From: Thermotogota bacterium
Lineage (GTDB): Bacteria > Thermotogota > Thermotogae > Petrotogales > Petrotogaceae
DNA length: 64,000 bases
Reading direction: 5' to 3'
Assembly: GCA_022704305.1 (NCBI GenBank)
Contig: JAKJGQ010000001.1
Location: 16,779-80,778, forward strand
Of the stretch, positions 10,016 through 19,616 are shown piece by piece. Under the pieces are notes generated by a model. It had not been told where the DNA came from. It saw only the letters and a list, made by a program, of their open reading frames with translations, and made no database searches. The position numbers were made by a program, and so were the translations under genes. The first letter of the stretch is position 1. Each line of letters starts with the position of its first letter.

Positions 10016-11200
10016 TTATTTGTGCATTAGCACATCAGAAAACTTGATGATAAGAACATCACTTAAGTCTGCTCCGAAATCTTTTGAATCAGAATAACCA
10101 ACCATATAAATATCTCCGTTCTCTGTTATGTCCAAGGAATAAACAACATCTCTTCCTTTACCACCTATAGCTTTGCTATAGATCTCATTGCCATCTTTAT
10201 CGTATACTAAAAGAACCGCATCAACATTATTGGTTTTGGTATTAGTAACGTAACCACCTATGTACATATTTCCATTTTTACTTATCTTTATTGAATAACC
10301 ATGATCAGAACCTTTCTGACCAAATGTCTTTTCCCACAAAAGATCACCTTTCCAGGAAAACTTAACTACGTAAATATCAGAAAAACCTGCACCATTAAGA
10401 TCTCCAGTATAACCGACAACATAATACTCATCGTTAAATTCTTTTACTTCAAAAGCCCTGCCATAACTCTGACCTGTGAAAACCTTTGACCATATTTCAT
10501 TTGCTTCGAAGTCAGTTTTTACTACATAAAGACTTGATATACCAGTATCATAATCAAACACAACTCCAGAAATGACAAATCCGTCAGCTACTTTTTCTAT
10601 ACCTAAAGGCTTTACATCTTTAAAAGTATCTGCTCCCGAAAGCCATCTGTACCATATTACATTTCCAGCATCCTTGTCTACTTTCACCATGTAACCTTTG
10701 TAATTAGAATTGTTTTTATCATAAGGATCCTGGGCATATCCAACAATAATATAACCATCTTCTACGTCTACTCCTGCGCTAGCTTTATCGTTTCCTAATT
10801 TGGGAATGTATGTCTCCCAGTAAACAGGACTTACTTTTGCTAGATAGTAATCAAAGTCATCAGAAAAAGAGTTAGTTGCACCAACTAATACCATATCTTT
10901 CCTTGAATCTTGAAAAGCCCATAAAGCCCAATCTGAATATGCTCCTCCAAACTCACTCTTAGATACAAGATTTCCAAATCTATCAAATTTCAATGCTATG
11001 GCATTCTCATTATTGCCTGTCTCATTAGAAGATCCTATTGCATAAAATCCATCGTCTGTAGCTTTCACATAAAAGATTTCTTGAATTCCGGGCATTTGAT
11101 ATACTCTGCCCCAATCCATTTGCGGAACTGCAAAAGAAACTAAGGCAACTAAAATAACAAAAAAAGTTATAATCTTTAGTTTCACATTTATCCCTCCCAT
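10016..11200 (-). CDS. secreted beta-propeller repeat protein (function unknown)
   Basis: Signal peptide or TM at the N-terminus, then about 7 recurring 40-50 aa units with the pattern G-x-S...D-x-Y-x-V-K...G-x-x-x-W...FG (SBBP-like beta-propeller repeats). Confidence 0.55.
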   Translation of the reverse strand: MGGINVKLKIITFFVILVALVSFAVPQMDWGRVYQMPGIQEIFYVKATDDGFYAIGSSNETGNNENAIALKFDRFGNLVSKSEFGGAYSDWALWAFQDSRKDMVLVGATNSFSDDFDYYLAKVSPVYWETYIPKLGNDKASAGVDVEDGYIIVGYAQDPYDKNNSNYKGYMVKVDKDAGNVIWYRWLSGADTFKDVKPLGIEKVADGFVISGVVFDYDTGISSLYVVKTDFEANEIWSKVFTGQSYGRAFEVKEFNDEYYVVGYTGDLNGAGFSDIYVVKFSWKGDLLWEKTFGQKGSDHGYSIKISKNGNMYIGGYVTNTKTNNVDAVLLVYDKDGNEIYSKAIGGKGRDVVYSLDITENGDIYMVGYSDSKDFGADLSDVLIIKFSDVLMHK

Positions 11201-11352
11201 ATGTATTAAAAATATCTTATTTTTAGTAATAGAATATTTCTTTATATATTATACCACAAATAATACAGATTGATTATAAAATTCAAAAAACAAGTATACT
11301 TTAACAAAAAAACCGTATGTAAAACTTAATTATATTCTACCATACTTTTTTA

Positions 11353-11381
11353 TTAAAAAAAAAGGGCGGATGTCCGCCCTT
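11353..11381 (-). terminator. Rho-independent terminator of dnaK
   Basis: On the minus strand AAGGGCGG-acat-CCGCCCTT is followed by a U9 run, directly after the dnaK stop. Confidence 0.8.
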
Positions 11382-11394
11382 TTGCTAATTATTA

Positions 11395-13228
11395 CTAGTT
11401 ATTTTCGTTATTGGAGTTTCCTGCTGTATAATCTGAGCTTGAAGAGGTTTGATCGCCAGGATTTGACTGCTGACCCTGTTGATTTTGATATAAATGCTGG
11501 CCAATCTTCATAGACTCATTTTTTATATCGTCAATTAAAATCTTAATTTTTCCGATGTTATCCTGAGAAAGAGCCTCTCTTAGTTCTTTAACTTTTGATT
11601 CAAGACTATTTTTTAAGTCAGAAGGAATCTTATCCCCATTTTCGCTTAAAAGCTTATCTATCTGATAAGCAAGTTCATCGCCCTGGTTTTTAAGTTCAAC
11701 TTCTTCTCTTCTTCGTTTATCCTGTTCTTCATATACTTTTGAATCGTTTATCATCTTTTGGATCTGATCGGGATCGAGTTTCTGTCTTCCTGTAACTACC
11801 ATAGATTGAAGTTTCTGAGTACCTAAATCTTTTGCGGAAACATTCACCATTCCATTAGAATCAATATCAAAAGTCACTTCAATCTGTGGAACACCTCTTG
11901 GTGCTGGAGCAATACCTGTAAGTTTAAAGCTACCAAGCAGGAAATTATCCTTTGCAATAGAACGTTCTCCTTGGAAGACTCCTACTTCAACTTCAGTCTG
12001 AAAATCAGCGGCTGTCGTAAAAATATTGCTCTTCTTAATCGGAATCTTACTGTTTCTTGGAATTATAACCTGCATTAGACCACCTTTTACCTCAATACCC
12101 AGCGAAAGAGGGGTAACATCAACCAATACAATATCTTTATCAGTCTTTCCGGTCATAATTGCAGACTGGATGGCTGCGCCGACAGCAACTGCTTCATCAG
12201 GATTTACGCTCTTGTTTGGTTCTTTTCCAAAATAATCCTTTATAAGTTTCTGAACCATAGGTACCCTCGTTGAACCTCCAACCAAAAGGATTTCGTCAAT
12301 TTCATTAAAAGAAAAGCCTGAATCCTTTATAGCATTCTCAACAGGTCCCCTTGTGGATTCTACCAGATCTCTGACCAGTTCCTCGAACTTGCTTCTGGTT
12401 AGTTTTCTTTCCAGGTGCATAGGTGTGCCATTTACAACCGTTATAAAAGGAAGGTTTATTTCTGCTTCAAACTTGGTTGAAAGTTCAATTTTTGCAGTTT
12501 CGGCAGCATCTTTGAGTCTCTGGAAAGCCTGTTTGTCGTTGCGTAGGTCTATTTTGGTTTCATTTTTAAACTCATTTATAAGCCAATCTATTATCCTTTG
12601 GTCGAAGTCATCTCCACCAAGATGATTATTTCCGGAAGTAGCTTTTACTTCTACTATTCCGTCTCCTATTTCAAGAACCGAGACATCAAAGGTACCGCCT
12701 CCAAGGTCATACACAACTATCTTTTTGTCTCCGGAAGTTTTATCAAGACCAAATGCCACTGCTGAGGCAGTAGGTTCATTTATTATTCTCAGAACCTGAA
12801 GACCAGCAATTTCACCAGCCTCCTTTGTAGCCTGCCTTTGGGAATCATTAAAATAAGCCGGACAGGTTATAACAGCCTTTTTAATTTTACCGTCAAGATA
12901 ACTTTCGGCATCTTTAACCATTTTTTTCAGTATAAATGCACTTATTTCCTGTGGCGTATAGTTTTTTGAATCAATCTTTACCAGATGATCTGTGCCCATA
13001 TATCTTTTAATAGAACGGACTGTTTTTTCGGCGTTAAGTATTGCCTGTCTTTTAGCTGGTTCGCCGACGATTATTTCACCGTCTTTTCCAAAAGATACTA
13101 TTGAGGGAGTTATTCTTTTTCCTTCTGCGTTTGGTATCACTTCAACGTTGCCGTCTGGTTTCATCCAGGCTATCGCAGAAAAAGTTGTTCCAAGGTCTAT
13201 ACCTACTACATATTCCTTATCAGCCATA
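11395..13228 (-). CDS. dnaK: molecular chaperone DnaK (Hsp70)
   Basis: Hsp70 signatures IDLGTTNS-like (GIDLGTTFS), DLGGGTFD and [11 protein letters not shown]. True start is at MADKEY, preceded by AAAGGAGGT. The ORF track start at 13251 adds 8 codons. Confidence 0.95.
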
Positions 13229-13433
13229 TAAAGTACCTCCTTTATGTACATAAAAAATTTATAAATTTTCAGATTAATGTGTTTTTGAAGAAGCCACTTT
13301 TAATCTTCTGAATTTATTATACTTCAAAAATCATAAGATATCAAGTTATTTTTTTGAAATATAAAAAAACTTATATCTATAATATATAATGGCATATAAG
13401 CATACTAAATATTTTTTTTATAAAAATGTATAT

Positions 13434-13452
13434 CACTCGTTACTATAGAGTG
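13434..13452. promoter_or_regulatory. CIRCE-core-like inverted repeat CACTC-N9-GAGTG
   Basis: Its spacing matches the HrcA operator core (TTAGCACTC-N9-GAGTGCTAA), but the flanks do not match. It lies in the dnaK / PHP divergent intergenic region. Confidence 0.3.
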
Positions 13453-13557
13453 AGAAAAAGAAAAAAATATTATCTGCATCAACGTTAAAAAAGTTATTGT
13501 AATTAATATCGTAATTAAGGTATAATTAATATATATATAATTTTTGGAGGATCTATT

Positions 13558-14379
13558 TTGTTTGTTGATTTTCACTCGCATAGTACTTTTTCTGATGGAA
13601 CACTTACTCCTATAGAACTTGTAAAGATGGCAAAAGATAAACAAATACAGATGTTTTCTATTACCGATCATGATAATGTTGATGGTCAGTTGGAGGCTTT
13701 TTCAGCAGCAAAATCCTTTGGAGTCGATTATGTTGCTGGAGTAGAGATAAGTTGTGAATATCCAACGATGCTTGATATGCTTGGTTATGGCTATTCAGTG
13801 GGGAATAATTTTTTGGTTGAAACGTTGGACGAACTTAAAAAATATCGTATAAATAGAAATACGTTGATGATTGAGAAGCTTAATGGCTTAGGTATGGAGA
13901 TTACGCTTGAAGAAGTTGCTGCTCAGGCTGGTGGTGATGTAATTGGAAGACCGCATTTTGCAAGGGTAATGCAGAATAAAGGGTATGTTAGTACCAAGGA
14001 AGAGGCTTTTGAGAAGTATTTAGGCGATGATAGGCCAGGATATGTAAGAAAGAAGAGGTTAACTCCTCAACAAGCCATAGAGCTTATAACAATTGCTGGT
14101 GGAGTTTCTGTTTTAGCTCATCCAAAATACCTCAATCTTGAAAGAACAAGATTTGAAAACTTGGTAAAACATTTGAAAGAGATTGGATTATGGGGAATAG
14201 AAGTTTTCTATTCAAAAAATACTTTTTCTGAGACTGTTTTTTTTGAGGAAATAGCCTTTAAATATGATCTTTTCATTACAGCAGGCAGTGATTATCATGG
14301 CGCCAACAGTATGGATGTATCTTTAGGTATGAATGTTGATTCAGAAAAAATTCTGAAGACGATGCAATATTTTAGATAA
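13558..14379 (+). CDS. PHP-domain metal-dependent phosphoesterase (TrpH/YciV-like)
   Basis: PHP motifs DFHSHSTFSDG and ITDHD. TTG start with GGAGGA 6 nt upstream. Confidence 0.75.
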   Translation: MFVDFHSHSTFSDGTLTPIELVKMAKDKQIQMFSITDHDNVDGQLEAFSAAKSFGVDYVAGVEISCEYPTMLDMLGYGYSVGNNFLVETLDELKKYRINRNTLMIEKLNGLGMEITLEEVAAQAGGDVIGRPHFARVMQNKGYVSTKEEAFEKYLGDDRPGYVRKKRLTPQQAIELITIAGGVSVLAHPKYLNLERTRFENLVKHLKEIGLWGIEVFYSKNTFSETVFFEEIAFKYDLFITAGSDYHGANSMDVSLGMNVDSEKILKTMQYFR

Positions 14380-14400
14380 AAACTTTTAGGGGGGCTCAAT

Positions 14401-15132
14401 ATGAAAAGTTCTGATTATCCGGTTATCGTTCTTGGACACAGAGGGTATAGGAAGCTATATCCAGAAAACACGTTACTGGCTTTTAAGAAAGCAATGGAGT
14501 TTGGTGCGGATGGTGTTGAACTTGATGTCTGGAAGGCGAAAGACGGAAGTATAGTGGTGATACATGATCCTGATTGTGAAAGAGTATCGGGGCTCAGAGG
14601 CATTGTAAAGGAACTTTCATATAAAGAAATAAGAAAGCTTCGTCTTCCGATGAACCAGTATATTCCCACTCTGGATATGGTATATGCTGAACTGAAGGAA
14701 GATGCATATATTAATGTGGAGATAAAAGATGTTGAAGCTGTTGAAACTTCCCTTCAGATAGTAAGAAGCTTTAATGCCGTTGATAGAACTTTATTTTCAT
14801 CTTTTATTCCGGAAGCACTTTACAGATTAAGAGAGCTTCAGAGTGATGCTTATCTTGGACTTCTTGTAGATACCAAGGATCAGCTTTCGGATATATCAAA
14901 AGTAAATGAAAGAGTGGGTCTGTACTCTCTAAATGCACCTTTGGACGGTATAAAGTTTTTCGGAGTGGAAGCTTTTAAGAATCTTATTGCAAAAATGAAA
15001 GAAGAGGATATAAAGATCGCTTTATGGCATTTTGATGAACCCGAATGGGTTGAAAAGATAAAGGGATACTATGACTGCATAATAACTGACGATGTGCAGG
15101 CAATAGTAAATAAACTTGAAGAAATTTACTGA
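14401..15132 (+). CDS. ugpQ: glycerophosphodiester phosphodiesterase (GDPD family)
   Basis: GDPD catalytic motif HRG (LGHRGY), E..D metal ligands and a TIM-barrel-sized product. Confidence 0.75.
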   Translation: MKSSDYPVIVLGHRGYRKLYPENTLLAFKKAMEFGADGVELDVWKAKDGSIVVIHDPDCERVSGLRGIVKELSYKEIRKLRLPMNQYIPTLDMVYAELKEDAYINVEIKDVEAVETSLQIVRSFNAVDRTLFSSFIPEALYRLRELQSDAYLGLLVDTKDQLSDISKVNERVGLYSLNAPLDGIKFFGVEAFKNLIAKMKEEDIKIALWHFDEPEWVEKIKGYYDCIITDDVQAIVNKLEEIY

Positions 15133-15144
15133 CCGGGGTGTTTT

Positions 15145-16200
15145 ATGTATCCAAGGCTTAATATACAAAAGGACAGCATTGCTAAAAATGCCTCTTATTT
15201 AGCTTCTTTTTGCAATAAAAACGGTATTTCTATTGCTGGAGTAACCAAAGTTCTCTGTGGAAGCTTAGAACTGGCAGAAATCTTTTTAAAAAATGGTATT
15301 AAGATTATAGCTGATTCGAGAGTGAAAAATCTTGATAGAATAAAGTCGTGTTTTCCGCAGGCATACACTATGCTTATAAGGATTCCGATGATATCAGAAC
15401 TCAGACAGGCAGTATCTGTTTCCGATTGTATTCTTGTAAGTGATATTCATACGCTAACTGTTATATCAGAAGTTTCTCGTGAGAAAGGAAAAATTCCCGA
15501 TATCTTTTATATGGTGGATATGGGAGATTTAAGGGAAGGAGTCTGGTTTGAACAGGCTGTACAAGAAATCAGAACAGCCTGTAGTATCGGGAATGTAAAT
15601 CTTTTAGGTATAGGTACTAACTTAGGATGTTTTGGCGGAGTTTTGCCGACAGTTGAAAATATGAGGAAGCTTGTTGAAATAAAAGAAAAAATAAATGTGA
15701 GTACTATTAGAGATATTTCGGGAGGGAGTACGGTTACTCTCAAAATGCTTGAAGATGGTGTTCTTCCAAAAGAAATAACCAATCTTCGTATAGGTGAAGC
15801 AATTGTATGTGGTACAGATGCAACTGGTGGAAGAAATGTTCCCAATACCCTTCAGGATACAGTATTACTGGAGGCTGAGATAATAGAGATCAAAGATAAA
15901 CCATCTGTACCTTACGGTGAAACGGGCTATGATGCATTTGGAAGAAAGCATGAGTTTATAGACTATGGAATTAGAAAAAAAGCCATACTAGCCATAGGTG
16001 AGCAGGATGTTAGTTCTTCAGGAATGACTCCTATGGATAAAAATATTAAGGTTCTACATTCCAGCAGTGACCATACGATTATTGATATCACAGACTGTGA
16101 AGAAAACTATCGCGTAGGCGATATTATTGATTTTAAGTTATCGTATGGAGCTCTTCTGCGTGCAAGTACAAGTCCTTATGTTGAAAAAATATTCAAATAA
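15145..16200 (+). CDS. alanine racemase-fold (fold-type III PLP) protein, YhfX / ornithine-racemase-like
   Basis: N-terminal PLP-barrel region with a conserved Lys (VTKVLCG) and about 350 aa in length, as for the YhfX/Orr family. The substrate cannot be assigned from sequence. Confidence 0.55.
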   Translation: MYPRLNIQKDSIAKNASYLASFCNKNGISIAGVTKVLCGSLELAEIFLKNGIKIIADSRVKNLDRIKSCFPQAYTMLIRIPMISELRQAVSVSDCILVSDIHTLTVISEVSREKGKIPDIFYMVDMGDLREGVWFEQAVQEIRTACSIGNVNLLGIGTNLGCFGGVLPTVENMRKLVEIKEKINVSTIRDISGGSTVTLKMLEDGVLPKEITNLRIGEAIVCGTDATGGRNVPNTLQDTVLLEAEIIEIKDKPSVPYGETGYDAFGRKHEFIDYGIRKKAILAIGEQDVSSSGMTPMDKNIKVLHSSSDHTIIDITDCEENYRVGDIIDFKLSYGALLRASTSPYVEKIFK

Positions 16201-16213
16201 AAGCTATCCCCTT

Positions 16214-16921
16214 TTATTCAAGGGGATAGTTTTTTTGTAGTCTTTCATACTCGTAATTTATGGAACTTAACACATAAAGTGCAGCAGTTTCAAATCTAAA
16301 AACAGTATTTCCCAAATTCACTACAGAAAAAAAGGTTTCATGGAAGAATTTCTTTTCATTTTGGGAAAAGCCTGTATCGGGGCCAAAAACTATATTCAAT
16401 GAATTCAACTTCTTTTTAAGTTCTTCTTTTAAAGAGCTTGTTCCTTGGAAATCAAAAACAAGTGTATTTTTTAAAGGAATATCCTTTATGTTTATAAAAG
16501 AAAACTTAGGAAAATTACATAAAAAAGATTGTTTTGAGCTTTCTGCAATCAACTTCAGAAATTTTTTTTGATCATCGTACTTAAAAGTAGACTTTTCACC
16601 GTTAAAAACGAATATTGAACTTACTCTGTGTTCCACAGCTTTTTCAATAAGCATTTGCATCCTATCCCATTTTGAAGCACCAATAAAAAGGTTTATTTCC
16701 GGAAGAAAGGAACAATGTATATTCTTTATCTTGAGTATTTTGAGATCGGCTGTTTTCTTGTTTATTTTTATTACGATACACTCAAAAAGCTTACCTTTCC
16801 CATCAGTTACATTGATTACTTCGTTTTCTCTTACCCGTACGGATCGGAGATGAGCACATTCTTCTTCGTTTAGGCAAGCATACTCTCCGCTGAATGAATC
16901 AAGCAAGAAAACATTAGGCAT
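16214..16921 (-). CDS. rsmE: 16S rRNA (uracil1498-N3)-methyltransferase RsmE
   Basis: RsmE-length protein (235 aa) with a PUA-like N-terminus and a SPOUT C-terminal knot region. Confidence 0.7.
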   Translation of the reverse strand: MPNVFLLDSFSGEYACLNEEECAHLRSVRVRENEVINVTDGKGKLFECIVIKINKKTADLKILKIKNIHCSFLPEINLFIGASKWDRMQMLIEKAVEHRVSSIFVFNGEKSTFKYDDQKKFLKLIAESSKQSFLCNFPKFSFINIKDIPLKNTLVFDFQGTSSLKEELKKKLNSLNIVFGPDTGFSQNEKKFFHETFFSVVNLGNTVFRFETAALYVLSSINYEYERLQKNYPLE

Positions 16922-16925
16922 ACTT

Positions 16926-18200
16926 TTATCCTATATACTCTTTTTTCATATATGGAATAAGTACATCCGGAACTTTGACTTTTCCATCAGAAGTCTGATA
17001 ATTTTCAACTATTGCAACGAGAGTTCGTCCGATAGCAAGCCCTGAACCGTTAAGAGTGTGAACGTACTTAAGTTTGTTATCTTTATCCCTGAACCTTATA
17101 TTTCCTCTGCGTGCCTGAAAATCACCGTCATTAGAACATGAGGATATTTCTTTATAAGAATTGTAGCTTGGCAACCATACTTCAATATCGTAAGTTCTGC
17201 TAGCCCCAAATCCAAGATCTCCGCTACACAAACGTATAACTCTGTATGGAAGTTCAAGCAATTTTAAAACTTTTTCGGCATGCGATGTAAGAGTTTCGAG
17301 ATCTTCAGCCGATCTTTCAGGAGTTGTATGCCATACAAGCTCAACTTTATCAAACTGATGCTGGCGTATTACTCCCCTTACATCTTTACCGTAGCTTCCT
17401 GCCTCACGTCTGTAACATGGAGAATAGCCGCAGTACTTTGCCGGCAGATCCTTCAGTTCAAGTATCTCGTCCCTGTGCATGCCTACCAATGCCACTTCAG
17501 ATGTAGGAATAAGAAAAAGGTCATCCCCTTTTGTGTTATAAAGGTCTTCTTCAAACTTTGGAAGCTGTCCGGTAGCTGTTATAGTTTCTCTTAAGACCAT
17601 ATGTGGAGGCAGTACTTCAGTATAACCATGCTCCGTTGAGTGAAGATCCATCATGAATGCCCCGAGTGATCTTTCTAATCTAGCAAAATCGCCTTTCATA
17701 ATTGTAAACCTAGATCCTGAAAGTTTGGAACCTCTGTCAAAATCAAGTCCGTTTAATTCACTGCCAATTTCCCAGTGTGGTTTGGGTTCAAAATCAAATT
17801 TTCTTGGGATACCAATTCTTCTGATTTCTGGGTTGAACGTTTCATCCTTTCCAATGGGAGTATCCTCATCGTATACATTAGGAATATAAAGAAGTTTCTG
17901 CATGTACTGTTCATCAATCTGTTTCAATTGAGCTTCCAGCTCTTCTGACTGTTGATTAAGAATTTTTCCGTTTTCAATATTCTGGCGGAGTGCTTCTTCG
18001 TCGCCTTGTGCTTTTAATCTTGCAACTGCCTTGGAGTTTGTATTTTTAAGAGATCGTATTTCTTCAACTTTTTTGAGGATATCACGTCTTTTTTCATCAA
18101 GAGCAACTAACTCATCAAGAATCAAGGTTGAAGAATTTCTGTTTATAAGGCAGTTTCGTATCTTTTCAATGTTAGTTCTTACAAACTTCATATCAAGCAT
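16926..18200 (-). CDS. serS: seryl-tRNA synthetase
   Basis: N-terminal coiled-coil tRNA-binding arm and class II aaRS motifs (motif 2 FRxE, motif 3 GxGxGxxR: GLAIGRTLVAI). Confidence 0.9.
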   Translation of the reverse strand: MLDMKFVRTNIEKIRNCLINRNSSTLILDELVALDEKRRDILKKVEEIRSLKNTNSKAVARLKAQGDEEALRQNIENGKILNQQSEELEAQLKQIDEQYMQKLLYIPNVYDEDTPIGKDETFNPEIRRIGIPRKFDFEPKPHWEIGSELNGLDFDRGSKLSGSRFTIMKGDFARLERSLGAFMMDLHSTEHGYTEVLPPHMVLRETITATGQLPKFEEDLYNTKGDDLFLIPTSEVALVGMHRDEILELKDLPAKYCGYSPCYRREAGSYGKDVRGVIRQHQFDKVELVWHTTPERSAEDLETLTSHAEKVLKLLELPYRVIRLCSGDLGFGASRTYDIEVWLPSYNSYKEISSCSNDGDFQARRGNIRFRDKDNKLKYVHTLNGSGLAIGRTLVAIVENYQTSDGKVKVPDVLIPYMKKEYIG

Positions 18201-18219
18201 AAATAAGTCCTCCTAAATA

Positions 18220-18843
18220 TTATTTGTTTTCTTTTACTTCCAGTGTCAGGTTTATTCCTTCTGCTTTCATTTCATTTGTATCAGTTCTGAAAGTCGAGTT
18301 CTGTGTTTTAAGATCTATTTTTTTGGCATCGTTTTTTATCCGTACATCTCCGTTAAGTACAAGAATCTTGGTAGTTTCATTGTAAGAAAAGTTTTTTGCT
18401 GAAATCACATAATCTTCTTTTAATATTTTGACTAAATCATTTGAGGAACCAGTATAATTCTTTTCTTTATTATTAAATTCAAGAACATCACACGAGATGT
18501 AAAGATCTTTTTTATCAACTAAAATCTTTACGGATACTTTTTTCGAAAGCTGACCTTTTTCTGTGCTCAGATCAAATTTAAAAAATTCTGCTGATGCGTT
18601 TAAGGTTGATGTTTTTATGGTTGTTGCTGAGCATACCATATCTCGCCAATCATCGTCCAACTGGGTAATAGTTGCTACTTCAGTCATCATGGTAAGATCT
18701 GATTTTTTTATTACAACATTATCTTTTAAGACATGCTGCTTATCGCCCAAAGTTCCAAATCTAGAGCTGACCGAAATCTGGCTTTGAGAAAAAACAATAC
18801 TAAAAGATAATAATAAAATAAAAAATAGAATAATTTTCTTCAT
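18220..18843 (-). CDS. secreted LptC/OstA-N-like beta-jellyroll protein
   Basis: Signal peptide, then repeated beta-strand motifs typical of LptA/LptC/OstA_N domains (VLKDNVVIKKSD; VLNGDVRIKNDAKKIDLKT). Start overlaps the upstream gene by 4 nt. Confidence 0.5.
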   Translation of the reverse strand: MKKIILFFILLLSFSIVFSQSQISVSSRFGTLGDKQHVLKDNVVIKKSDLTMMTEVATITQLDDDWRDMVCSATTIKTSTLNASAEFFKFDLSTEKGQLSKKVSVKILVDKKDLYISCDVLEFNNKEKNYTGSSNDLVKILKEDYVISAKNFSYNETTKILVLNGDVRIKNDAKKIDLKTQNSTFRTDTNEMKAEGINLTLEVKENK

Positions 18844-19616
18844 AATTCAAGTTTTCCCTCCATATATTTTTGACATGTTTTCATTCCATCATAAAAGGCT
18901 ACACTATCCAATGGATCTTCCAATGGACTTTCACAAGTTATTAGTTCAATATCTTTGCTTATGATCCTGAACAATTCTCTTGTACGTGCGTAAGAAATTT
19001 TTAAAAGTATCTCGGCAGCATTCATTGCTCTGGATACAGAGCCACCCGCTTCATAAGAAATTATCAGTCCGTCTGGAGAGAGATTGTATGGTGAAAGACA
19101 GATATATGAAGAAGGAATTAAAAACATATCGGATAGTTCAGTATATCTATAATACGGTAGTATCGATAATTCAGATAAAAGAACCTGAGAAATCCTAGTT
19201 TTTCTATTAAGTAGGAAAAAATTTCCTGTTTTTATGTCAAAAACTTCAAAATCAACTCTATGCTTAAGCTTTTCTATAGTCAAAGTGCCAAAATGTGAGT
19301 CAAGATATTTAGAAAAAGTAGTCTGATTTTTAAGTTCAAGACCAGATGTACCAAGCTTCAAAAGAGTTATTGCCTGTTGATATCTGCTGGAGAAAAGATC
19401 TGAGTCGATAAGCGGTTTAATAGGATTATCTTTTTCCTCAATAAATTCTTTTAAATACTTATAAAAATTTTTTCCATGCATGCCATAAAAAAATCCTATA
19501 AGACTGGAAGCACCACTTACAGTTAACTCTATATTATTATCGTGCATAAGGATATTACTAAGAGCTCCGCTATCCCATACTATACCCTCAAAAAGGCCTC
19601 CCATGAAAATTTTCAT
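18840..19616 (-). CDS. hypothetical protein, possibly a degenerate patatin-like paralog
   Basis: Glycine-rich N-terminus (FMGGLFEG), VSGASSL where patatins have G-x-S-x-G, and a D-G-L near the C-terminus where patatins have D-G-A/G. It overlaps both neighbouring genes by 4 nt. The assignment is weak. Confidence 0.4.
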   Translation of the reverse strand: MKIFMGGLFEGIVWDSGALSNILMHDNNIELTVSGASSLIGFFYGMHGKNFYKYLKEFIEEKDNPIKPLIDSDLFSSRYQQAITLLKLGTSGLELKNQTTFSKYLDSHFGTLTIEKLKHRVDFEVFDIKTGNFFLLNRKTRISQVLLSELSILPYYRYTELSDMFLIPSSYICLSPYNLSPDGLIISYEAGGSVSRAMNAAEILLKISYARTRELFRIISKDIELITCESPLEDPLDSVAFYDGMKTCQKYMEGKLEL

